A DNA stretch of 64,000 bases, taken from the NCBI RefSeq assembly GCF_029227855.1, contig NZ_CP074356.1. One strand, given 5' to 3'. The DNA comes from Escherichia coli. GTDB lineage: Bacteria; Pseudomonadota; Gammaproteobacteria; Enterobacterales; Enterobacteriaceae. This document shows positions 56,903-64,000 of this stretch, in pieces; the stretch's first letter is position 1; the number at the start of each line of letters is the position of its first letter. The notes under the pieces were generated by a model. It saw only the letters and a list, made by a program, of their open reading frames with translations, did not search any database and was not told where the DNA came from. Position numbers and translations under genes: made by a program.

Positions 56903-56915
56903 TTGTTAAAGAGCA
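56903..56915 (-). promoter_or_regulatory. rrn leader boxA antitermination element
   Basis: Reverse complement TGCTCTTTAACAA matches the boxA consensus. Confidence 0.8.
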
Positions 56916-56949
56916 GTTGCGACGCGGCTTTCAGCTCACTGTCGCGAGG

Positions 56950-57100
56950 TGGCGTATATTACGCTTTCCTCTTTCAGAGTCAACCCTGAATTTCAGGATT
57001 TTTCTCTTCAACCGAACCGGCTGTTTGTGTGAAGTGATTCACATCCGCCGTGTCGATGGAGGCGCATTATAGGGAGTCGGCTCAGGAAGACAAGCGGAAA
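56950..57100 (-). promoter_or_regulatory. rRNA operon tandem promoters P1 and P2
   Basis: Minus strand: P1 TTGTCT-16-TATAAT-GCGCC (-10 at 57066..57071); P2 TTGACT-17-TAATAT-ACGCC (-10 at 56956..56961). Confidence 0.75.
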
Positions 57101-57136
57101 AATGCATTTTTATTTCAACCGCTCATCTTTTAATCA

Positions 57137-57709
57137 TTACGCCGGTTTTTGCTGCTTTTTTATCGCTTGCGGCAGGTCTGCCAGGCTATTTAACACCCAA
57201 TCTGCCGCGTTTTCTGCTTCAGGTGTAATAAGTTTACCCGTACGCACCAGCACTTTTGTTCCCACGTTCGCCGCAGCCGCTGCCTGCATATCTTCTAATT
57301 TATCGCCCACCATATAAGAAGCGGCCATATCAATATGCAAATAATCGCGTGCCGATAAAAGCATCCCCGGATGTGGTTTGCGGCAGTCGCAGACCTGGCG
57401 AAACTCTTCAACACTACCCTGCGGATGATGCGGGCAATAATAGATACCATCCAGATCGACATCGCGGTCCGCCAGCGACCAGTCCATCCACTCGGTCAGC
57501 GTTTCAAACTGTGCTTCAGTAAATTTACCGCGAGCAATGCCAGACTGGTTGGTTACTACCACCAGCGCAAAGCCCATTTTTTTTAGCTCGCGCATGGCGT
57601 CAATAACACCGTCGATAAATTCAAAGTTGTCGATCTCATGGACATAGCCGTGATCGACATTAATGGTGCCATCACGGTCAAGAAAAATTGCGGGTACGCT
57701 CTTCGCCAC
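57137..57709 (-). CDS. gmhB: D-glycero-beta-D-manno-heptose-1,7-bisphosphate 7-phosphatase
   Basis: 190-aa HAD phosphatase, DRDGT motif. Confidence 0.95.
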   Translation of the reverse strand: MAKSVPAIFLDRDGTINVDHGYVHEIDNFEFIDGVIDAMRELKKMGFALVVVTNQSGIARGKFTEAQFETLTEWMDWSLADRDVDLDGIYYCPHHPQGSVEEFRQVCDCRKPHPGMLLSARDYLHIDMAASYMVGDKLEDMQAAAAANVGTKVLVRTGKLITPEAENAADWVLNSLADLPQAIKKQQKPA

Positions 57710-57798
57710 CTTTTATAGCTCCTTAATAAGGCATGTGACGCTAGTATCGCATGTTTCGACCAGCAAGAAAGTGCTCTTCGCATAAACCTGATTGATTT

Positions 57799-57822
57799 AG
57801 ACGTCTGGATGCCTTAACATCC
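57799..57822. promoter_or_regulatory. MetJ operator (tandem met boxes) upstream of metN
   Basis: AGACGTCT GGATGCCT TAACATCC: three 8-bp units, the first a perfect met box. Confidence 0.7.
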
Positions 57823-57896
57823 ATTTCATTGACGGCGTTGCCCGTTCCAGGCATTCGAAATGCCACGACTAACTTAATGACGATAATAAATAATCA

Positions 57897-58928
57897 ATGA
57901 TAAAACTTTCGAATATCACCAAAGTGTTCCACCAGGGCACCCGCACCATCCAGGCGTTGAACAACGTCAGCCTGCATGTGCCAGCTGGACAAATTTATGG
58001 CGTTATCGGTGCCTCAGGCGCGGGTAAGAGTACGCTTATACGTTGTGTAAACCTGCTGGAGCGCCCAACCGAGGGTAGCGTGCTGGTCGATGGCCAAGAA
58101 CTGACCACGCTGTCAGAATCCGAGTTGACCAAAGCTCGCCGCCAGATTGGTATGATTTTCCAGCATTTTAACCTGCTCTCTTCGCGTACTGTTTTTGGCA
58201 ACGTGGCTCTGCCGCTGGAGCTGGACAACACACCGAAAGATGAGATCAAACGTCGCGTGACGGAATTGCTGTCATTGGTTGGTCTTGGCGATAAGCATGA
58301 TAGCTACCCGTCGAATCTTTCCGGTGGGCAGAAACAGCGTGTGGCGATTGCCCGTGCGTTAGCCAGCAATCCCAAAGTATTGCTGTGTGATGAGGCCACC
58401 AGCGCGCTGGATCCGGCAACGACACGTTCTATTCTCGAACTGCTGAAAGACATCAACCGCCGTCTGGGTTTGACGATTCTGTTGATCACCCACGAAATGG
58501 ACGTTGTGAAGCGTATTTGTGATTGCGTGGCGGTCATCAGCAATGGCGAACTGATCGAGCAGGACACGGTAAGTGAAGTGTTCTCGCATCCGAAAACGCC
58601 GCTGGCGCAGAAGTTTATTCAGTCGACCTTGCATCTGGATATCCCGGAAGATTACCAGGAACGTCTGCAAGCGGAGCCATTCACTGACTGCGTGCCGATG
58701 TTACGTCTGGAGTTTACCGGTCAATCGGTCGATGCCCCACTGCTTTCTGAAACCGCACGTCGTTTCAACGTCAACAACAACATTATTAGCGCGCAGATGG
58801 ATTACGCCGGTGGCGTTAAGTTCGGCATCATGCTGACTGAAATGCACGGCACACAACAAGATACGCAAGCCGCCATTGCCTGGCTGCAGGAACACCATGT
58901 AAAAGTAGAGGTACTGGGTTATGTCTGA
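57897..58928 (+). CDS. metN: methionine ABC transporter ATP-binding protein
   Basis: 343 aa; Walker [10 protein letters not shown] and ABC signature LSGGQKQR. Confidence 0.95.
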
Positions 58929-59574
58929 GCCGATGATGTGGCTGCTGGTTCGTGGCGTATGGGAAACGCTGGCAATGACCTTCGTATCCGGTTTTTTTGG
59001 ATTTGTGATTGGTCTGCCGGTTGGCGTCCTGCTTTATGTCACGCGTCCGGGGCAAATTATTGCTAACGCGAAGCTGTATCGTACCGTTTCTGCGATTGTG
59101 AACATTTTCCGTTCCATCCCGTTCATTATCTTGCTGGTATGGATGATTCCGTTTACCCGCGTTATTGTTGGTACATCGATTGGTTTGCAGGCAGCGATTG
59201 TTCCGTTAACCGTTGGTGCAGCACCGTTTATTGCCCGTATGGTCGAGAACGCTCTGCTGGAGATCCCAACCGGGCTAATTGAAGCTTCCCGCGCAATGGG
59301 TGCCACGCCGATGCAGATCGTCCGTAAAGTGCTGTTACCGGAAGCATTGCCGGGTCTGGTAAATGCTGCGACTATCACCCTGATTACCCTGGTCGGTTAT
59401 TCCGCGATGGGTGGTGCAGTCGGTGCCGGTGGTTTAGGTCAGATTGGCTATCAGTATGGCTACATCGGCTACAACGCGACGGTGATGAATACGGTACTGG
59501 TATTGCTGGTCATTCTGGTTTATTTAATTCAGTTCGCAGGCGACCGCATCGTCCGGGCTGTCACTCGCAAGTAA
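58921..59574 (+). CDS. metI: methionine ABC transporter permease
   Basis: 217 aa polytopic membrane protein; overlaps metN stop. Confidence 0.95.
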
Positions 59575-59613
59575 CGTTCAACACAACATAAATAATTGAA
59601 GAAGGAATAAGGT

Positions 59614-60429
59614 ATGGCGTTCAAATTCAAAACCTTTGCGGCAGTGGGAGCCCTGATTGGATCACTAGCACTGGTAGGCTGCGGTCAGGATGAAAAAGAT
59701 CCAAACCACATTAAAGTCGGCGTGATTGTTGGTGCCGAACAGCAGGTTGCAGAAGTCGCGCAGAAAGTTGCGAAAGACAAATATGGCCTGGACGTTGAGC
59801 TGGTAACCTTCAACGACTATGTTCTGCCAAACGAGGCATTGAGCAAAGGCGATATTGACGCCAACGCCTTCCAGCATAAACCGTACCTTGATCAGCAACT
59901 GAAAGATCGTGGCTACAAACTGGTCGCAGTAGGCAACACTTTTGTTTATCCGATTGCTGGTTACTCCAAGAAAATCAAATCACTGGATGAACTGCAGGAT
60001 GGTTCGCAGGTTGCCGTGCCAAACGACCCAACTAACCTTGGCCGTTCTCTGCTGCTGCTGCAAAAAGTGGGCTTGATCAAACTGAAAGATGGTGTTGGCC
60101 TGCTGCCGACCGTTCTTGATGTTGTTGAGAACCCAAAAAATCTGAAAATTGTTGAGCTGGAAGCACCGCAGCTGCCTCGCTCTCTGGACGACGCGCAAAT
60201 CGCGCTGGCAGTTATTAACACCACCTATGCCAGCCAGATTGGCCTGACTCCGGCGAAAGACGGTATCTTTGTCGAAGATAAAGACTCCCCGTATGTTAAC
60301 CTGATCGTGACGCGTGAAGATAACAAAGACGCCGAGAACGTGAAGAAATTCGTCCAGGCTTATCAGTCTGACGAAGTTTACGAAGCAGCAAACAAAGTGT
60401 TTAACGGCGGCGCTGTTAAAGGCTGGTAA
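59614..60429 (+). CDS. metQ: methionine ABC transporter substrate-binding lipoprotein
   Basis: 271 aa with lipobox LVGC. Confidence 0.95.
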   Translation: MAFKFKTFAAVGALIGSLALVGCGQDEKDPNHIKVGVIVGAEQQVAEVAQKVAKDKYGLDVELVTFNDYVLPNEALSKGDIDANAFQHKPYLDQQLKDRGYKLVAVGNTFVYPIAGYSKKIKSLDELQDGSQVAVPNDPTNLGRSLLLLQKVGLIKLKDGVGLLPTVLDVVENPKNLKIVELEAPQLPRSLDDAQIALAVINTTYASQIGLTPAKDGIFVEDKDSPYVNLIVTREDNKDAENVKKFVQAYQSDEVYEAANKVFNGGAVKGW

Positions 60430-60546
60430 TTTTTAGGCTGTTTCCACAATTTGTAATATCATTCAGGACGGGCGCTTGCCCGTCTTGTCATTTTTACAAG
60501 CTCCTGATTCAATATTGACGTTTTGATCATACATTGAGGAAATACT

Positions 60547-60951
60547 ATGCGTGCTTTACCGATCTGTTTAGTAGCACTCATGCTAAGCGGCTGTTCCATG
60601 TTAAGCAGATCCCCTGTCGAACCCGTTCAAAGCACTGCACCCCAGCCGAAAGCGGAGCCTGCAAAACCGAAAGCGCCGCGCGCCACGCCGGTCCGAATTT
60701 ATACCAATGCAGAAGAATTAGTCGGCAAACCGTTCCGCGATCTCGGTGAAGTCAGTGGCGATTCTTGCCAGGCCTCCAATCAGGACTCTCCGCCGAGCAT
60801 TCCAACCGCACGTAAGCGGATGCAAATCAACGCCTCGAAAATGAAGGCCAATGCGGTATTACTGCATAGCTGCGAAGTCACCAGCGGTACGCCAGGCTGC
60901 TATCGTCAGGCTGTATGTATCGGTTCTGCGCTTAACATTACGGCGAAATGA
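60547..60951 (+). CDS. rcsF: outer-membrane lipoprotein RcsF (Rcs envelope-stress sensor)
   Basis: 134 aa with lipobox LSGC and conserved C-terminal cysteines. Confidence 0.95.
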   Translation: MRALPICLVALMLSGCSMLSRSPVEPVQSTAPQPKAEPAKPKAPRATPVRIYTNAEELVGKPFRDLGEVSGDSCQASNQDSPPSIPTARKRMQINASKMKANAVLLHSCEVTSGTPGCYRQAVCIGSALNITAK

Positions 60952-61655
60952 GCAGTTTCCAGTTCGAGCAAATAGGCGTTATTCGCTCGCCCTATAAAGA
61001 AAAATTCGCCGTTCCGCGCCAGCCAGGTCTGGTAAAAAGCGCCAACGGCGAACTGCATCTCATTGCTCCCTACAACCAGGCCGACGCCGTTCGCGGCCTG
61101 GAAGCGTTCAGCCATTTATGGATCCTTTTCGTCTTTCATCAAACGATGGAAGGCGGCTGGCGTCCGACTGTGCGTCCACCGCGCCTCGGCGGTAATGCCA
61201 GAATGGGTGTTTTCGCTACGCGCTCCACTTTCCGCCCTAACCCGATTGGTATGTCGCTGGTAAAGCTGAAAGAGGTTGTTTGCCATAAAGACAGCGTGAT
61301 TCTGAAGCTCGGCAGTCTGGATCTGATAGATGGGACGCCGGTGGTGGATATCAAACCGTATCTCCCCTTTGCCGAATCGCTTCCAAATGCCAGTGCCAGC
61401 TATGCGCAAAGTGCGCCAGCGGCAGAGATGGCGGTGAGCTTTACCGCAGAGGTCGAAAAGCAGCTTTTGACGCTGGAGAAACGTTATCCGCAGTTAACGC
61501 TGTTTATCCGCGAAGTACTGGCGCAGGACCCGCGCCCGGCCTATCGTAAAGGTGAGGAAACGGGCAAAACCTATGCCGTCTGGCTGCATGATTTTAACGT
61601 TCGCTGGCGCGTCACCGACGCAGGTTTTGAAGTCTTTGCGCTGGAACCGCGTTAA
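60948..61655 (+). CDS. tsaA: tRNA (adenine37-N6)-methyltransferase TsaA (YaeB)
   Basis: 235 aa MSSFQFEQIGVIRSPYKEKF... Confidence 0.9.
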   Translation: MSSFQFEQIGVIRSPYKEKFAVPRQPGLVKSANGELHLIAPYNQADAVRGLEAFSHLWILFVFHQTMEGGWRPTVRPPRLGGNARMGVFATRSTFRPNPIGMSLVKLKEVVCHKDSVILKLGSLDLIDGTPVVDIKPYLPFAESLPNASASYAQSAPAAEMAVSFTAEVEKQLLTLEKRYPQLTLFIREVLAQDPRPAYRKGEETGKTYAVWLHDFNVRWRVTDAGFEVFALEPR

Positions 61656-61765
61656 ATTCGCGCCCTTCTCTTTTGACATTTCTTTTGCACTGGTAAACTA
61701 AATCACTTTTTTTGTCCCAGGCTCGCCTTGAGCCTGTTCTACCTTCCAACTGGAACCGTAACAAC

Positions 61766-63484
61766 ATGCGTACTAGCCAATACCTGCTCTCCACTCTCAA
61801 GGAGACACCTGCCGACGCCGAGGTGATCAGCCATCAGCTGATGCTGCGCGCCGGGATGATCCGCAAGCTGGCCTCCGGGTTATATACCTGGCTGCCGACC
61901 GGCGTGCGCGTTCTGAAAAAAGTCGAAAACATCGTGCGTGAAGAGATGAACAACGCCGGTGCGATCGAGGTGTCGATGCCGGTGGTTCAGCCAGCCGATT
62001 TGTGGCAAGAGAGTGGTCGTTGGGAACAGTACGGTCCGGAACTGCTGCGTTTTGTTGACCGTGGCGAGCGTCCGTTCGTACTCGGCCCAACTCATGAAGA
62101 AGTTATTACAGACCTGATTCGTAACGAGCTTAGCTCTTACAAACAGCTGCCGCTGAACTTCTATCAGATCCAGACCAAGTTCCGCGACGAAGTGCGTCCG
62201 CGTTTCGGCGTCATGCGTTCCCGCGAATTCCTGATGAAAGATGCTTACTCTTTCCATACTTCTCAGGAATCCCTGCAGGAAACCTACGATGCAATGTATG
62301 CGGCCTACAGCAAAATCTTCAGCCGCATGGGGCTGGATTTCCGCGCCGTACAGGCCGACACCGGTTCTATCGGCGGTAGCGCCTCTCACGAATTCCAGGT
62401 GCTGGCGCAGAGCGGTGAAGACGATGTGGTCTTCTCCGACACCTCTGACTATGCAGCGAACATTGAACTGGCAGAAGCTATCGCGCCGAAAGAACCGCGC
62501 GCTGCTGCTACCCAGGAAATGACGCTGGTTGATACGCCGAACGCGAAAACCATCGCGGAACTGGTTGAACAGTTCAATCTGCCGATTGAGAAAACGGTGA
62601 AGACTCTGCTGGTTAAAGCGGTTGAAGGCAGTAGCTTCCCGCTGGTTGCGCTGCTGGTGCGTGGTGACCACGAGCTGAACGAAGTTAAAGCAGAAAAACT
62701 GCCGCAGGTTGCAAGCCCGCTGACTTTTGCGACCGAAGAAGAAATTCGTGCCGTGGTTAAAGCCGGTCCGGGTTCACTGGGTCCGGTAAACATGCCGATT
62801 CCGGTGGTGATTGACCGTACCGTTGCAGCGATGAGTGATTTCGCTGCTGGTGCTAACATCGATGGTAAACACTACTTCGGCATCAACTGGGATCGCGATG
62901 TCGCTACCCCAGAAATTGCTGATATCCGTAACGTGGTGGCTGGCGATCCAAGCCCGGATGGCCAGGGTACGCTGCTGATCAAACGTGGTATCGAAGTCGG
63001 TCACATCTTCCAGCTGGGTACTAAGTACTCTGAAGCACTGAAAGCCTCCGTACAGGGTGAAGATGGCCGTAACCAAATCCTGACGATGGGTTGCTACGGT
63101 ATCGGGGTAACGCGTGTAGTAGCTGCGGCAATTGAGCAGAACTACGACGAACGCGGCATCGTATGGCCTGACGCTATCGCGCCGTTCCAGGTGGCGATTC
63201 TGCCGATGAACATGCATAAATCCTTCCGCGTACAGGAGCTGGCCGAGAAACTGTACAGCGAACTGCGTGCACAAGGTATCGAAGTGCTGCTGGATGACCG
63301 CAAAGAGCGTCCGGGCGTGATGTTTGCTGATATGGAACTGATCGGTATTCCGCACACTATTGTGCTGGGCGACCGTAACCTCGACAACGACGATATCGAA
63401 TATAAATATCGTCGTAACGGCGAGAAACAGTTAATTAAAACTGGTGACATCGTCGATTATCTGGTGAAACAGATTAAAGGCTGA
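61766..63484 (+). CDS. proS: proline--tRNA ligase
   Basis: 572 aa [20 protein letters not shown]...; track ORF has an 18-codon upstream extension. Confidence 0.95.
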   Translation: MRTSQYLLSTLKETPADAEVISHQLMLRAGMIRKLASGLYTWLPTGVRVLKKVENIVREEMNNAGAIEVSMPVVQPADLWQESGRWEQYGPELLRFVDRGERPFVLGPTHEEVITDLIRNELSSYKQLPLNFYQIQTKFRDEVRPRFGVMRSREFLMKDAYSFHTSQESLQETYDAMYAAYSKIFSRMGLDFRAVQADTGSIGGSASHEFQVLAQSGEDDVVFSDTSDYAANIELAEAIAPKEPRAAATQEMTLVDTPNAKTIAELVEQFNLPIEKTVKTLLVKAVEGSSFPLVALLVRGDHELNEVKAEKLPQVASPLTFATEEEIRAVVKAGPGSLGPVNMPIPVVIDRTVAAMSDFAAGANIDGKHYFGINWDRDVATPEIADIRNVVAGDPSPDGQGTLLIKRGIEVGHIFQLGTKYSEALKASVQGEDGRNQILTMGCYGIGVTRVVAAAIEQNYDERGIVWPDAIAPFQVAILPMNMHKSFRVQELAEKLYSELRAQGIEVLLDDRKERPGVMFADMELIGIPHTIVLGDRNLDNDDIEYKYRRNGEKQLIKTGDIVDYLVKQIKG

Positions 63485-63493
63485 TGCCAGAAA

Positions 63494-63520
63494 GGGTCCT
63501 GAATTTCAGGGCCCTTTTTT
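63494..63520 (+). terminator. rho-independent terminator after proS
   Basis: GGGTCCTGAA-T-TTCAGGGCCC followed by TTTTTT. Confidence 0.6.
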
Positions 63521-63536
63521 ACATGGATTGTATAAA

Positions 63537-64000
63537 ATGGATAAACCAAAGGCGCATTGCCGCCTGCTTCTCCCCTGCTTTTTTTCCTTTCGGCCTGTAC
63601 CGTAGATATCAGCCAGCCGGACTCATCAGCCACAGCGGTAGATGCCGGGGCGAAAACATGGGCAGTCAAATTCCAGCATCAAAGCTCTTTTACCGAACAA
63701 TCAATAAAAGAAATAACGGAACCTGATCTCAAACCCGGCGATTTGCTGTTCTCCTCAAGCCTTGGGGTAACCTCATTTGGAATCCGCGTCTTCAGCACTT
63801 CCTCTGTGAGTCACGTTGCAATCTATCTGGGTGAAAATAACGTTGCAGAAGCGACAGGCGCTGGCGTCCAGATTGTTTCCCTCAAAAAAGCGATGAAGCA
63901 TAGCGATAAGCTTTTCGTCTTACGAGTCCCGGATCTTACCCCGCAACAAGCCACAGAAATCACCGCATTCGCCAACAAAATTAAAGATAGCGGTTACAAC
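63537..64000 (+). CDS. yaeF: NlpC/P60-type lipoprotein YaeF, 3' end cut by window; apparent frameshift in the signal-peptide region
   Basis: ATG at 63537 reads MDKPKAHCRLLLPCFF then stops at 63603; the lipobox and mature protein (FLSACTVDISQPD... to the window end) are in frame 2; a T7 run at 63578..63584 lies at the junction. Confidence 0.6.

Noticed and set aside
63484-63726. 80-aa ORF directly after proS
   Set aside because: It is an alternative frame across the proS terminator and the yaeF 5' region; the yaeF reading explains the sequence better.

Overview
Enterobacterial (E. coli-like) chromosomal segment, reverse-oriented relative to the K-12 map as I recall it. Conserved backbone: 5'-truncated lfhA (FlhA homologue), yafL, yafK, yafJ, gmhA, fadE, ivy, yafV, then after the island yafT, tRNA-Asp (aspV), dnaQ, rnhA, yafS, gloB, mltD, an IS200 copy, yafE, yafD, yafC, dkgB, a complete rrnH-type rRNA operon on the minus strand (aspU, 5S, 23S, tRNA-Ala, tRNA-Ile, 16S), gmhB, metNIQ, rcsF, tsaA, proS and the start of yaeF. 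Between yafV and yafT/aspV (about 9.7-41.4 kb) lies an accessory island with a complete Vibrio cholerae-type type VI secretion system: tssB, tssC, tssE, tssF, tssG, FHA protein tagH, tssJ, tssK, tssL, clpV, a VasI-like protein, tssA, tssM, a TagA/VasL-like protein and a second hcp, all on the plus strand. Divergent from it is an hcp-vgrG-PAAR-Rhs-immunity operon on the minus strand, followed by a decayed ISAs1 (H-repeat) transposase and an IS256-family transposase fragment. The T6SS itself is a well-described system; the parts I cannot assign to a known family, and so the best candidates for something new, are the 243-aa Rhs C-terminal toxin domain with its overlapping 125-aa immunity ORF, and the AT-rich membrane-protein cargo downstream of the second hcp. 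Other observations: a (GAGTCA)7 in-frame repeat inside clpV, a tssC 5' relic between tssB and tssC, homopolymer-linked frameshifts in two genes, and K-12 differences at the yafL locus (no dinJ-yafQ; a ribbon-helix-helix ORF where rayT sits). All comparisons to K-12 and all family assignments are from reading the translations against memory; no searches were run.
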